DNA from: an uncultured delta proteobacterium
GTDB taxonomy: Bacteria; Desulfobacterota; Desulfobacteria; Desulfobacterales; Desulfosarcinaceae
Length of the DNA stretch: 64,000 nucleotides
NCBI GenBank assembly: GCA_963705435.1
Contig: CAVPJR010000028.1
Location: forward strand, 22,104-86,103
Direction of reading: 5' to 3'
In this document: one piece after another, positions 9,635 through 20,341 of the stretch
Numbering within the stretch: position 1 is the first letter of the stretch
How the letters are laid out: each line of letters opens with the position of its first letter
Made by a program: the position numbers and the translations under genes
The notes under the pieces: model-generated
What the model was told of the DNA's origin: nothing
The model's database searches: none
What the model saw: the letters and a program-made list of their open reading frames with translations, nothing else

Positions 9635-10729
9635 ATGCCCCAAATACACAAAAGCGCGCCGTTGGAAGACGGCTACCGCATGCCCGCCGAGTTCGAACCT
9701 CACCGGGGGTGTTGGATGCTGTGGCCCGAGCGGGGGGACACCTGGCGCATGGGCGCCAAACCGGCCCAGGCCGCCTTCGTCAAGGTGGCCGAGGCCATCT
9801 CCGCCTTCGAGCCGGTCACGGTCGGCGCCAGCCGGCGCCAATGGGAAAACGCCCGGGCCTTGCTGCCCGAAGCGATCCGCGTGGCGGAGATCTCATCCGA
9901 CGATGCCTGGATGCGCGATGTGGGCCCCACTTTCGTGATCAACGGCCGCGGGGGCCTTCGTGGAATCGACTGGCAGTTCAATGCCTGGGGAGGCCTGGAC
10001 GGCGGCCTTTACTTCCCCTGGGATCAGGACAGCCTGGTTGCCGCAAAGGTTCTCGAAATCGAACGGACCGACCGCTACCGGGCGCCCCTGGTCATAGAAG
10101 GCGGTTCGTTTCACGTGGACGGCCAGGGCACCCTGATCACCACCGCAGAGTGCCTGCTCAACCGCAACCGCAATCCCCATCTGACCCGGAAACAGATCGA
10201 GGCCGAGCTGATGAACTACCTTAACGTTCACAAGGTGATCTGGCTCGAAAAAGGCGTGCACATGGACGAAACCGACGGCCATGTGGACAATCTGTGCTGT
10301 TTCGTCAAACCGGGAGAAGTGCTGCTCACCTGGACCGATGATCCCGATGACCCCCAGCACGACGTATCCAGGCAGGCCCTGGAGATGCTCAGCGCCGCAA
10401 CAGACGCACGCGGGCGGACACTCACCGTCCACAAGGTCCATCAGCCCGATCCCATGTTCATTACGGATAACGAAAGTGAAGGCCTGGAGGCCAGCGAGAC
10501 CGCCAAACCCCGAAAGGCCGGTGACCGACTGGCCGCCTCCTACGTCAATTTTTACATCGCCAACGGCGGGATTGTCATGCCGCTTTTCGACGACGCCCAT
10601 GACCGGGCGGCCGTCGACATGTTGACCCGGCTCTTTCCGGATCGCAAGGTCGTCGGCGTCCGAAGCCGGGAGATCCTCCTGGGGGGCGGAAACATTCACT
10701 GCATCACCCAGCAGATCCCGATGGGTTAA
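9635..10729 (+). CDS. aguA: Agmatine deiminase
   Basis: [52 protein letters not shown]. Confidence 0.95.
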   Translation: MPQIHKSAPLEDGYRMPAEFEPHRGCWMLWPERGDTWRMGAKPAQAAFVKVAEAISAFEPVTVGASRRQWENARALLPEAIRVAEISSDDAWMRDVGPTFVINGRGGLRGIDWQFNAWGGLDGGLYFPWDQDSLVAAKVLEIERTDRYRAPLVIEGGSFHVDGQGTLITTAECLLNRNRNPHLTRKQIEAELMNYLNVHKVIWLEKGVHMDETDGHVDNLCCFVKPGEVLLTWTDDPDDPQHDVSRQALEMLSAATDARGRTLTVHKVHQPDPMFITDNESEGLEASETAKPRKAGDRLAASYVNFYIANGGIVMPLFDDAHDRAAVDMLTRLFPDRKVVGVRSREILLGGGNIHCITQQIPMG

Positions 10730-10809
10730 TTTAAGGTCCGATCAAACGCAGATCTCGGGTTTTTTAACAAATAGTCAATCTTGATGAACTCTTAAAAAGT
10801 CGCATTTCC

Positions 10810-10933
10810 GACGGATTCGTAAAAAGCCCGAGATCAAGGCTTGCGAATCCTGAGGAATGAGGCGTACTTAAGGTACGCCGCAGTGACGAAGGTTGAAGCG
10901 TAACGCAGATATCGGACTATTTACGACTCCGTC
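10810..10933. mobile_element. MITE-like element with ~26-bp imperfect terminal inverted repeats and an internal hairpin
   Basis: gacggattcgtaaaaagcccgagatc ... gatatcggactatttacgactccgtc; internal ggcgtac-ttaag-gtacgcc; a degenerate end (aacgcagatctcgggtttttt) lies just upstream at ~10745. Confidence 0.75.
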
Positions 10934-10949
10934 AAAGTTAGAGGAAACC

Positions 10950-11825
<876 letters not shown>

Positions 11826-12028
11826 AAAAATGACCGTCAGGCACCTCAGAAATACAAACAAGGCAAAATCAGAACCGCCTCCCTGAGGTCCTGGCAAAGC
11901 GATTTTAAATGAATTTCGTCACTATCGTCTGCCGCCTCGGCATGTTCGACGAAAACCGTCCAATTGTTTACCCACCCATTGGACCGCTTTTCGTTACCAT
12001 TGACAGTTCCTTTGAAAAACTCATACTA

Positions 12029-12100
12029 TTGAATCATCCCCGCAACGAACCACGGCAAAAATGCGCCGTAAGGACAAAAATCGATTTCCAGTTCGCTCGT
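12029..12100. repeat. Degenerate partial copy of the 4853-4972 element
   Basis: Shares the exact 19-mer cgatttccagttcgctcgt (12082-12100 = 4907-4925) and a ttgaa..tccccgc start. Confidence 0.65.
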
Positions 12101-12126
12101 TAACCCATTGCATGCAAATAGCGGCC

Positions 12127-12591
12127 ATGAAACCAAAACGATCACCTCACAAGAGTAAGCAAAGGGACCTGTTCCGCACTGAGCTCACGAAAATCATCGA
12201 TCCCGGGCATGGGCTGGTCAAACTATCCGAGGCAGTCGACTGGAATCGAATGGACGCGGCGTTCACTGAACGGTATTGCCCAGGCAACGGCCGACCGGCG
12301 ATCAGCATCCGGTTGATGGTGTCGCTGCAATACCTGAAGCACATCTACAGCCTCAGTGATCATGATGTCGTTTACGGATGGGTAGAAAACCCCTACTGGC
12401 AGTATTTAAGCGGGATGCAATATTTCGAGCATGACCCGCCGATCAATCCGTCCAGCATGTCCCGATGGCGCAAACGAATCGGCGAGGCCGGAGCAGAAGC
12501 GCTGCTCAAGGAAACCGCTGCTGCCGGGTTGACGATCAAAGCGATCAAACCCCGCCCGTTCAAACGGGTCACCGTGGACACGATCGTCCAG
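12127..12591 (+). pseudogene. Truncated IS5-family transposase (N-terminal DUF772-like part)
   Basis: DLFRTELTKIIDPGH, GRPAISIRLMVSLQYLKH, ENPYWQYLSG, PSSMSRWRKRIGE; homology ends right after the first catalytic-region motif VDTIVQ. Confidence 0.85.
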
Positions 12592-12600
12592 GGAGGTTCA

Positions 12601-12909
12601 AAGGCCATCGTCAGACTTTGGCATGGACGAACACAGGTATCTCAAGCCGATGCGTATGCTGAATTTCTCAAAGAGAGAGCCGTACCCGATTATAGATCCA
12701 TAGACGGATTAAAGAAGCTCTACTTCCTCCGGCGAATCGATGAAGGCGCGGCCCATTTCTTGCTGGTTACCCTGTGGGATTCGACGGCGTCAGTAGAAAA
12801 ATTTGCCGGGTAGAATCCCGAAAAAGCCAAGTATTACCCAGAGGATGATTCTTTTTTGCTTGAAAAAGAAGAAACTTCAGCCTTGTATGAACTGTTTTTT
12901 GAAAACTGA
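12601..12909 (+). pseudogene. Antibiotic-biosynthesis-monooxygenase-like small protein; start lost, internal TAG
   Basis: GGAGG then AAG GCC ATC (ATG>AAG); AIVRLWHGRT...FLLVTLWDS..KFAG*NPEKAKYYPEDDSFLLEKEE continues in frame past the TAG at 12811 to TGA 12909. Confidence 0.7.
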
Positions 12910-12953
12910 CGCACGGATAAGGCGGCAGTTTAACCTGACGGCAGGATCGTCAT

Positions 12954-14303
12954 ATGTCATTTGATCAACTTGGTCTTCCGGCCGAACTGCTTAAAGCGGT
13001 TAAAGACAGGGGTTACACCGCGCCCACCCTCATCCAGACCCAGGCCATTCCCGTTATTCTCGACGGACGTGACATTCTTGCCCGTGCCCAGACCGGAACG
13101 GGGAAAACAGATGCGTTCGCCCTTCCATTGGTCGAGATTCTGAGCCGCGAGAACGGCAACGGGCGACACCCCCGCGCCCTTGTCCTGACCCCCACGCGGG
13201 AACTGGCGCTTCAGGTGGGAGCGTGCATCAAGGCCTATGCTAGGCGGGTCGCTTTGCGATGCACGGTGGTTCACGGCGGGGTTCGCATCAATCCGCAGAT
13301 CGATCGACTGAGACGCGGAATCGATATTCTGGTGGCCACGCCGGGCCGCCTGCTGGATCTGGCCGGCCAGCGGCATTTGAATCTTTCCCGGATAGAATTC
13401 CTGGTATTTGACGAGGCGGACAGGATGCTGGACCTGGGATTCAGCGATGAGATTTCGGCCATCCTCGATCTCGTTCCTAAAAGACGCCGGACCATGCTGT
13501 TTTCGGCCACATACACCCCACAGATCCGGAATCTTGCCGCAAGAATGCTGCAGGATCCCGAATACATCGAGGTGACGCCCCACCATACGGCGGCTGTAGC
13601 GATCGTCCAGAAAGTTTACCGGGTGGATCGATCCAACAAACGCGCGCTTCTCATCCACCTGATCACCAGCGATAACTGGAGCCGGATACTGATCTTCACC
13701 CGCACCCGACACGGGGCCAATACGCTCACGGAGAAACTCGCCGCCCACGGTATCCTGGCTGCGGCGATGCATGGCAACAAGAGCCAGTCTTTCCGGACAC
13801 GATCCCTGGAAGCCTTCAAGAAGGGTGAAATCCGTATCCTCGTGGCAACGGATGTGGCCGCAAGGGGCCTGGACATCAGCAATCTGCCCTATGTGGTCAA
13901 CTACGACATGCCGGGCATACCCGAGGATTATGTTCACCGCATCGGTCGAACCGGCCGTGCAGGCGAAAGCGGCATTGCCGTTTCCCTGGTCAGTCCCGAA
14001 GAAAGGCCTTATCTTCAGGCCATTGAAAAACTGCTGAAACGGAAAATCCCGGTGGAAAAGGTTGACGGCTATACCGAAGACAGCGACGTTCCGGACTATG
14101 TTCTCTTTCGCCCGGACATCGCGTCCAGCCAAAAAAAGGCCGACAATGACATAAAAGAGATCGTCGCCAGAAGAAGTGCTTCGAAAAAGCAATCGAAATC
14201 CCGGTCTGGCAGAAAAACAGATAAGGCCGTTAAAAAGCCCTCCCGATCACGATCGCGCCGCCCTCAAGCTTCAAGGCCGGGCAAAACAAGGGACAGAAAA
14301 TAA
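12954..14303 (+). CDS. rhlE: DEAD-box RNA helicase, RhlE-like
   Basis: AQTGTGKT, PTRELA, TPGRLLD, DEADRMLD, SAT, ARGLD, HRIGRTGRAG, basic C-terminal tail. Confidence 0.9.
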   Translation: MSFDQLGLPAELLKAVKDRGYTAPTLIQTQAIPVILDGRDILARAQTGTGKTDAFALPLVEILSRENGNGRHPRALVLTPTRELALQVGACIKAYARRVALRCTVVHGGVRINPQIDRLRRGIDILVATPGRLLDLAGQRHLNLSRIEFLVFDEADRMLDLGFSDEISAILDLVPKRRRTMLFSATYTPQIRNLAARMLQDPEYIEVTPHHTAAVAIVQKVYRVDRSNKRALLIHLITSDNWSRILIFTRTRHGANTLTEKLAAHGILAAAMHGNKSQSFRTRSLEAFKKGEIRILVATDVAARGLDISNLPYVVNYDMPGIPEDYVHRIGRTGRAGESGIAVSLVSPEERPYLQAIEKLLKRKIPVEKVDGYTEDSDVPDYVLFRPDIASSQKKADNDIKEIVARRSASKKQSKSRSGRKTDKAVKKPSRSRSRRPQASRPGKTRDRK

Positions 14304-14332
14304 GGCGTCCAGAAAAGGAGTGAATCACCACC

Positions 14333-14776
14333 GTGAATAGAGAGAATATAGAAGCCATCATCCGCAAAGCCAACGTGTGTCGTCTGGGCATGCTCGACGG
14401 GGACACGCCCTATATCGTTCCCCTTTGCTTCGGCTACCGGGACAATACCCTTTATTTTCACGGGTCGATGAAAAGCAGGAAGGTCGAACTGATTCAAAAA
14501 CACCCGAAGGTCTGTTTCGAGTTCGACATCCTGGCCGAACCCATTTCAGCCCCGGATCCCTGCGATTGGGACATGTGCTACCAGAGTGTGGTGGGGTTCG
14601 GAAAGGCATCCTTGGTGGAAGATACAGACGAAAAACGGCGCGCATTGGAGATCATCGTGTCCCAGTATACCAAGGGATCCCATGCATTTACGGAGCAGAA
14701 GCAGAAAGCGACAACGGTGATCAAGGTGGACATCGGCTCCATGGCCGGCAGGCAGTCCGGTTTGGATCAGAATTAA
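14333..14776 (+). CDS. Pyridoxamine 5'-phosphate oxidase family / NimA-like flavin-binding protein
   Basis: VCRLGM..PYIVPLCFGY..LYFH..KVCFEFD..YQSVVGFG. Confidence 0.8.
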   Translation: MNRENIEAIIRKANVCRLGMLDGDTPYIVPLCFGYRDNTLYFHGSMKSRKVELIQKHPKVCFEFDILAEPISAPDPCDWDMCYQSVVGFGKASLVEDTDEKRRALEIIVSQYTKGSHAFTEQKQKATTVIKVDIGSMAGRQSGLDQN

Positions 14777-14814
14777 CGGCAATTGTTGAAAAAAAAGAAT
14801 CAAATAGTGTAGAA

Positions 14815-15856
14815 TAGGGGTCAAGTCTTCGTTTAACCTTTTTGGGTTAGTCTGTCAGGATGCGTAATCATGTCACGACCACTCAGAATAGAGTACCCGA
14901 ATGCCTGGCACCATGTGATGAACCGTGCCCGTCGGGAAGAAACGCTTTTTAAGGATAAAGCCGATTATCAGCAGTTTATCGACATACTACAAGAAGCCAC
15001 AGATTTGTTTAACGTCAACGTTGCTGCCTTTTGCCTGATGTCCAGTCACTATCACCTGCTTTTAAATACGCCGGATGCCAATCTCGCACGATGTATGCGG
15101 CATATCAACGGCGTTTATACCCAGCGATACAATGTGCGCCATGACTGTGACGGGGCTTTATTTCGGGGAAGGTATAAATCAATCCTGGTTGAAGCCGATC
15201 AGTATTTATTGCAGTTGGTGCGCTATATCCACCGCAATCCGCTCAAGGCTGCCATCGTTGAACGTCTGGATCGATATGCCTGGTCGAGCCATAAAGGCTA
15301 TATCTCGAAGGCCAAAAAATGGGATTGGCTGCATAAGTGTTTTGTGCTGAATATGCTAATGGCACAAAAATCTGACCAACTTCGAATCTACAAAAAATTT
15401 GTGGCCCTTGATGACGATGATGATTTGCTCCGGATACTTGAGCGGCCATACCTGCCGCCTATCCTGGGCGATAAGAATTTCATGGATTGGATCAAAGGGA
15501 GGTTTTTCGAGAAAAAAATTCATCAAGAGGTGCCCGCATCCAAGGGGCTGGCTCCAGACACCGGTACTATCCTCAGTGCGGTGGCTCGCTTTTATAGACT
15601 AGAACCAAAAGCATTGACCAGTATTCGTCGAGGTATGGCCAACGAGCCGCGAGACGTGGCCATTTATCTGATACGAACCCTGCGGGCAGAACCACTGCAG
15701 CACATCGGTGCCATATTCCATCTGAATCGCTACAGTTCCGTTAGCAGCGTCGTTTATCGTGTAAAAACAAGAGTCCTGAAAGACCGCAAATTTGAAAATC
15801 GCGTTAAAAAGATTAAAGCAGGCATCTTGAAAGGTCAAACGAAGACTTGACCCCTA
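14815..15856 (+). mobile_element. HUH (Y1) transposase element bounded by 27-bp inverted repeats
   Basis: taggggtcaagtcttcgtttaaccttt (14815-14841) vs aaaggtcaaacgaagacttgaccccta (15830-15856): 26/27 complementary. Confidence 0.85.
14870..15850 (+). CDS. REP-associated/IS200-like tyrosine transposase with C-terminal DnaA-like HTH
   Basis: MSRPLRIEY..HHVMNR, CLMSSHYHLL (HUH), FRGRYKS, RYIHRNP (catalytic Tyr), WSS; C-terminal PRDVAIYL..IGAIF...YSSVS. Confidence 0.88.
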   Translation: MSRPLRIEYPNAWHHVMNRARREETLFKDKADYQQFIDILQEATDLFNVNVAAFCLMSSHYHLLLNTPDANLARCMRHINGVYTQRYNVRHDCDGALFRGRYKSILVEADQYLLQLVRYIHRNPLKAAIVERLDRYAWSSHKGYISKAKKWDWLHKCFVLNMLMAQKSDQLRIYKKFVALDDDDDLLRILERPYLPPILGDKNFMDWIKGRFFEKKIHQEVPASKGLAPDTGTILSAVARFYRLEPKALTSIRRGMANEPRDVAIYLIRTLRAEPLQHIGAIFHLNRYSSVSSVVYRVKTRVLKDRKFENRVKKIKAGILKGQTKT

Positions 15857-15904
15857 ATTATGACCCCTAATAACCTGGCCCGAAGAACCATGTGGGTCGT
15901 TGCT

Positions 15905-15953
15905 AAAAAATGCCTGATTGGCCGCGCCCAGGGCGCTTGCCGGCCAATCAGGC
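15905..15953 (-). terminator. Intrinsic terminator after the pot operon
   Basis: gcctgattggccg/cggccaatcaggc 13-bp stem with an adjacent A6 (U-tract on the minus strand). Confidence 0.75.
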
Positions 15954-15997
15954 TGTTGCGTCTGACGAATTACACAGGAATTGGTGCAAAGCGAAGA

Positions 15998-17043
15998 TCA
16001 ATGGGACTTGGCGCGCGTCCAGGCTTCATCCATGATCCGGTTTTCCTTGCCCAGATCCTTGGTAAAATGCAGTTTCTTCATGATCGCCGGTGTCGGGTAG
16101 ATCCCCGGATTTTCCAGGTCTTCAGGCGTGATGAAGGCCTCGGCCGCCGGTTGGGGGTCGCATACTGATTGTAGTTGGATAGCTCGGCACCGACTTCAGG
16201 CTCCAGAATCCAGTTGATCCACTTGTGCGCGGCATCCGAGTTGGGCGCTTTGCTGGGGATGCACATGGAATCATACCAGATTTCACTGCCCTCGTTGGGG
16301 ATGATGAAACCCAGCTTGTCCGGTTCTTCGGTCACCGACTGAATGGCATCCCCGTTGTAGACGATGGCGGCCACCGCCGTACCGGCGACGACATCGTTCT
16401 TGCCACCCACACCCGGTTTGAAGCCCATGCAGTTCTTCGTCCGCTTGGTGGCCACCAGCAGGTCCGCAGCGGCCTTGAGATCCGCGGGCTTGGTGCTGTT
16501 GAAATCCTTGCCCTGGTATACCAAGGCGATGCCCATCATCTCGCGCACGGAGTCGATCAGCCAGAACGCGCCGGTCTGTTTGTTGGCATCGAACAGCACC
16601 GACCAGGACTGGGCTGCAGCGTCACTGATCTTATCCTTGCGGTACATCAGGCCCACCGTACCCCACTGATAGGCAACGGAGTATTTGTTGCCCGGATCAT
16701 AACTGGCTTCCCGGAATAGGGGTTTGAGGTTTTTCAGGTTGGGAAGCTTGGCATGGTCGAGCTGCTGGATCAGTTTCTGGTTGATCAACACCGGCATGAT
16801 GTAATCGGAGGGGACGATGATGTCATACTGGCTCGCCCCGCCGGCTTGCAGTTTGGCCACCATCTCCTCGTTGTTCTCGTATATGTCCAGACGGACCTTG
16901 ATGCCGAACTTCTCTTCGAAATCGGCCGGCATCTTTTCCTCATCCATATACTCCGACCACGTGTAGACCCTCAATTCTTCGGCACTGGCCGCCATCCCGC
17001 CAAAAAGCACCAATACCAACACGAGCAGACCGATTTTACGCAT
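15998..17043 (-). CDS. potD: Spermidine/putrescine ABC substrate-binding protein; frameshift near 16150
   Basis: Signal peptide, YTWSEY, NEEMVAKL, YDIIVPSDY, YQWGTVG, YATPN; the C-terminus AAEAFITPEDLENPGIYP...DEAWTRAKSH* is in another frame and ends at 15998. Confidence 0.88.
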
Positions 17044-17060
17044 CTTTTTTCTCCTTTATA

Positions 17061-17197
17061 GGTTCTGGGTTCCGGGTTCTGGGTTCCGGGTTCGGCTCTG
17101 AGCTTTGAGCTTTGAGCTTAACAGCTCACCAGCTAATATGTTCTGGGTTCAATATCTTTAAAACCGAGAACGCTGAACCTCGAACCCTGAACTTGGT
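17061..17197. repeat. Heptamer tandem repeats forming an imperfect long inverted repeat between potC and potD
   Basis: (ggttcYg)x4-5, (agctttg)x2 ... gaacgct gaacctc gaaccct gaacttg. Confidence 0.75.
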
Positions 17198-17199
17198 TT

Positions 17200-17991
17200 T
17201 TACCGATGACGCGTGAAGCGTTCCGTCAACACGACCAGAACCACCGTAACCAGCATGATCAGGGTCGACAGGGCATGAATTTGCGGGGTAACTCCCCTTC
17301 GGACGGCTGCAAAAATGAACAGCGGCAGGGTTTGCGACTCCGGACCGGCCGTGAAAAAACTGATCACAAAGTCATCCAGGGAAAGCGTGAAGGCCAGCAT
17401 GGCACCGGCGATAATGCCCGGCATCAGAAGCGGCAGCATCACCTTTCTGAGCAGGTACCAGTTGGTCGCGAAAAGATCCCTTGCCGCCTCCTCCACCTCC
17501 CGGCCGATGGCCACCAGGCGGCTGCGCACCACCAGGGCGACAAAGGCGATCTGAAAGGTGATGTGGCCGATGATCATGTTCAACAGGCCGGGCTCGAAAA
17601 CCGACGATGCCAGTCGCAGCAGGCCGAATGCCACCACCAGGGATGCGGCCAGGATGATGTCCGGAATGATCACGGGGATGTGCAGGATGATGTCCAGAAA
17701 ATTGCTGGTGTGGGAACGCCAGGGAAAGCGATCCATGGCAATGGCCAGGATCGTACCCAGGATCGTGGCGATGATGGTGGAAATGACCGCCAGCAGCAGG
17801 GTGTTCCAGGCGGCTTCGAGTATCCAGTCGTTTTCGAAGAGCTTGAGATACCATTTGAAGGTGAACCCTTTCCACACCATCCCCCGACGGGCGGCATTGA
17901 CGGAGAATATCGCCACGCCCGCCAGCGGCATGTAGAGAAAGGCCATGGTCAGATAGGAAATTGCGACGATTAACGGATGCTGGCGCCTCAT
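17200..17991 (-). CDS. potC: Polyamine ABC permease
   Basis: EEAARDL motif, FTLSLDDFVISFF, TLPL. Confidence 0.9.
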   Translation of the reverse strand: MRRQHPLIVAISYLTMAFLYMPLAGVAIFSVNAARRGMVWKGFTFKWYLKLFENDWILEAAWNTLLLAVISTIIATILGTILAIAMDRFPWRSHTSNFLDIILHIPVIIPDIILAASLVVAFGLLRLASSVFEPGLLNMIIGHITFQIAFVALVVRSRLVAIGREVEEAARDLFATNWYLLRKVMLPLLMPGIIAGAMLAFTLSLDDFVISFFTAGPESQTLPLFIFAAVRRGVTPQIHALSTLIMLVTVVLVVLTERFTRHR

Positions 17992-18908
17992 ATGACCTCG
18001 ATCTCCTTGCCTTTACGACGGTAAATCTGAAGCCCGATCATGGTGAGGACCATCAGTCCCATGCTGATCGCCGCCCCGAAAGGCCAGTCCCGGCTGGAGC
18101 CGAACTGCTGCTGGATGAGATTGCCCACCAGCATGTACTTGGCTCCGCCAAGCAGATCGGGGACAACGAACATGCCCATGGCGGGAACGAAGGTCAGGAT
18201 GACGCCTACCGACAGGCCCGGCATGGTCTGGGGCAAAATGGCCTGAGTAAAGGTCCGGAATCGCGAGGCATACAGATCTTGGGCCGCTTCAACCAGCGCC
18301 CAGTCCAGTCGTTCTACGCTGGCATACAACGGCAGGGTGACAAAGGGTAGAAACATGGACACCATCCCCAGGTAAACCGCAAAGGCGTTGGGGTACAACG
18401 GCGCGCCGTCGGGAATAAAGCCGAACATCGCCGCCAGCCGTGCAAAGGGCAGCTCCGGTGACAGGATCAAGAACCAGGCGTAGGCCCGGATGACCATGTT
18501 GGTCCAAAAGGGGATAATGACCAGGGTCAGCCACATGTAGCGGCTGCGCTCGGAACGCCCGGCAATGAAAAAACACAGGGGATAGGAGAGGATGACGGAT
18601 ACCAGCGTGGTGAAAAAGGCCACCACCACCGACCGCCAGAGGATCATCAGGTAATCCGGGGTCCATCCGAAGAGGGTGTATCCGGCCAGGCGTTTGTAGT
18701 TTTCCAGGGTGAACACCCACTCCAGCTGACCATAGGCCCCCCGGGTGACCACACTCACGACCACCAGCACCAGGCTGGGCAGCACGAGAAACAGCATCAG
18801 CCAAAGCATCCCGGGCGTGAGGAGCAGTGACCCGCGTTTGAGCAATTGCTGCCGGGTAGTCAATTCCCCATACCAGGTAATCATCGAATCAGCGCGCTTC
18901 ATCTTCAA
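17988..18908 (-). CDS. potB: Polyamine ABC permease
   Basis: [35 protein letters not shown]. Confidence 0.9.
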   Translation of the reverse strand: MKMKRADSMITWYGELTTRQQLLKRGSLLLTPGMLWLMLFLVLPSLVLVVVSVVTRGAYGQLEWVFTLENYKRLAGYTLFGWTPDYLMILWRSVVVAFFTTLVSVILSYPLCFFIAGRSERSRYMWLTLVIIPFWTNMVIRAYAWFLILSPELPFARLAAMFGFIPDGAPLYPNAFAVYLGMVSMFLPFVTLPLYASVERLDWALVEAAQDLYASRFRTFTQAILPQTMPGLSVGVILTFVPAMGMFVVPDLLGGAKYMLVGNLIQQQFGSSRDWPFGAAISMGLMVLTMIGLQIYRRKGKEIEVI

Positions 18909-19950
18909 GAATCACCAATTCCTTGGGAGCCAGTTCCAGCCAGACCTCCCGGCCGGGATCAATGCGCCGATAGGAACTGGTGCGCACACGCAACGGGCCT
19001 GGTTCCAACCACAGGTCGAAATTGGTCCCCCGGTAAACGATTTCAGTCACGCGCGCACGGATGCCGTTGCGCTCGGGTTCCTTGTCGCCGATCCCGACCC
19101 ATTCGGGACGAATCGCCACGGTGCCCTCCTGCCAGGCGGGTTCTTTGTCCAGGGCCAGGAAGCCGAAAGCCGTCTGAACACCGCCCGGTGCCTTGGTGCA
19201 GGGAATCAGGTTGGCCGCCCCCAGAAATTTGGCCACGAAGCTGTCCGTGGGGTTGTCGTACACCTCTTCCGGCGTGCCGCACTGGACCACGCGGCCTTGG
19301 CGCATCACGGCCAACCGGTCGCTGCAGACCAGGGCTTCGGATTGGTCGTGGGTGACCAGAATGAAGGTTCGCCCCAGTTTACGCTGCAGCCGCCGCAGGT
19401 CTTCCTGCACCTGAGCGCGCAGGCGCGCATCAAGGGCGCTCATGGGCTCGTCCAGCAGCAGCACGTCGGGTTCGTTCACCAGGGCCCGGGCCAGGGCCAC
19501 CCGCTGCTTCTGGCCGCCGGAGAGCTGGTGGGGATGGCGCTGGGCCATGGCGCTCAAATCCAGCATCTCCAGCCGGCGGTTCACCCGTTTTTTGATTTCG
19601 GCATCCGGAAACTTGCGGGAACGAAGCCCGAAAGCGATATTTTCATAGATGGTCAGGTGGGGAAACAGGGCATAGCTCTGAAACACCGTGTTCACCTGGC
19701 GTTTGATGGCCGGCAGGCGGGTGATATCCTTTCCGCCAATGAAAACCTGGCCCGAGTCGGCCAGTTCGAGACCGGCAATGATTCGTAGGAGGGTGGTCTT
19801 GCCGCATCCCGATGGGCCCAGCAAGGTAAAGAACTCCCCCGACGCGACGTTCAGGGTGACGTCGTCCAGGGCGATTACATCGCCGAATTGTTTGCAGATA
19901 TGTTTAACCGTGAGGCCTTGGTCAGTCGTGGGATTCAGGTTCTGGTTCAT
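18889..19950 (-). CDS. potA: Polyamine ABC ATPase
   Basis: [32 protein letters not shown]. Confidence 0.9.
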   Translation of the reverse strand: MNQNLNPTTDQGLTVKHICKQFGDVIALDDVTLNVASGEFFTLLGPSGCGKTTLLRIIAGLELADSGQVFIGGKDITRLPAIKRQVNTVFQSYALFPHLTIYENIAFGLRSRKFPDAEIKKRVNRRLEMLDLSAMAQRHPHQLSGGQKQRVALARALVNEPDVLLLDEPMSALDARLRAQVQEDLRRLQRKLGRTFILVTHDQSEALVCSDRLAVMRQGRVVQCGTPEEVYDNPTDSFVAKFLGAANLIPCTKAPGGVQTAFGFLALDKEPAWQEGTVAIRPEWVGIGDKEPERNGIRARVTEIVYRGTNFDLWLEPGPLRVRTSSYRRIDPGREVWLELAPKELVILEDEAR

Positions 19951-20046
19951 GGTTTCGGAGATCCGGATGCATGCTCCAACAAAACGTTAACAAAAGGAAG
20001 TCGGCAACAAACCTGCAATCGTAATGGGTTCTGGTCGCAACGTGAG

Positions 20047-20074
20047 AAAAAAAATGGTTGAACCCAATCAACCG
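20047..20074 (-). terminator. Possible intrinsic terminator between the MoaD/ThiS gene and potA
   Basis: ggttga/tcaacc stem next to an A8 run. Confidence 0.5.
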
Positions 20075-20086
20075 TCAAGCCGATGT

Positions 20087-20341
20087 TCAGCCACCGAAAA
20101 TGGGATGAAACACTTTGACCAGCGCCCGGTCCGGCAACACGTCGGCTTTTTTGGCCGCCCGGCCGTTGACTGACACGATTCCGACCGAGCGGGGGGGGAC
20201 GCCCAGATGGACGATCAGATCGGCAACCGTCGACTGGGCCGCCATGTGAACCAGGCACCCCGTTTCAGGGTTGTACCCCGGGACCCATTTGTCCAGCGTC
20301 CCGTATAGCTTAATTGAAAGCTGTATGGTCATTGGCATCAA
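20087..20341 (-). CDS. MoaD/ThiS sulfur-carrier protein
   Basis: ~80 aa, IKLYGTL..., C-terminal PIFGG; adjacent to AOR. Confidence 0.85.
   Translation of the reverse strand: MMPMTIQLSIKLYGTLDKWVPGYNPETGCLVHMAAQSTVADLIVHLGVPPRSVGIVSVNGRAAKKADVLPDRALVKVFHPIFGG

Noticed and set aside
12811-12813. In-frame TAG in the ABM-like gene as pyrrolysine readthrough
   Set aside because: The gene has also lost its ATG and is fused to an IS remnant, and there are no pyl genes in the window; a nonsense mutation is simpler.
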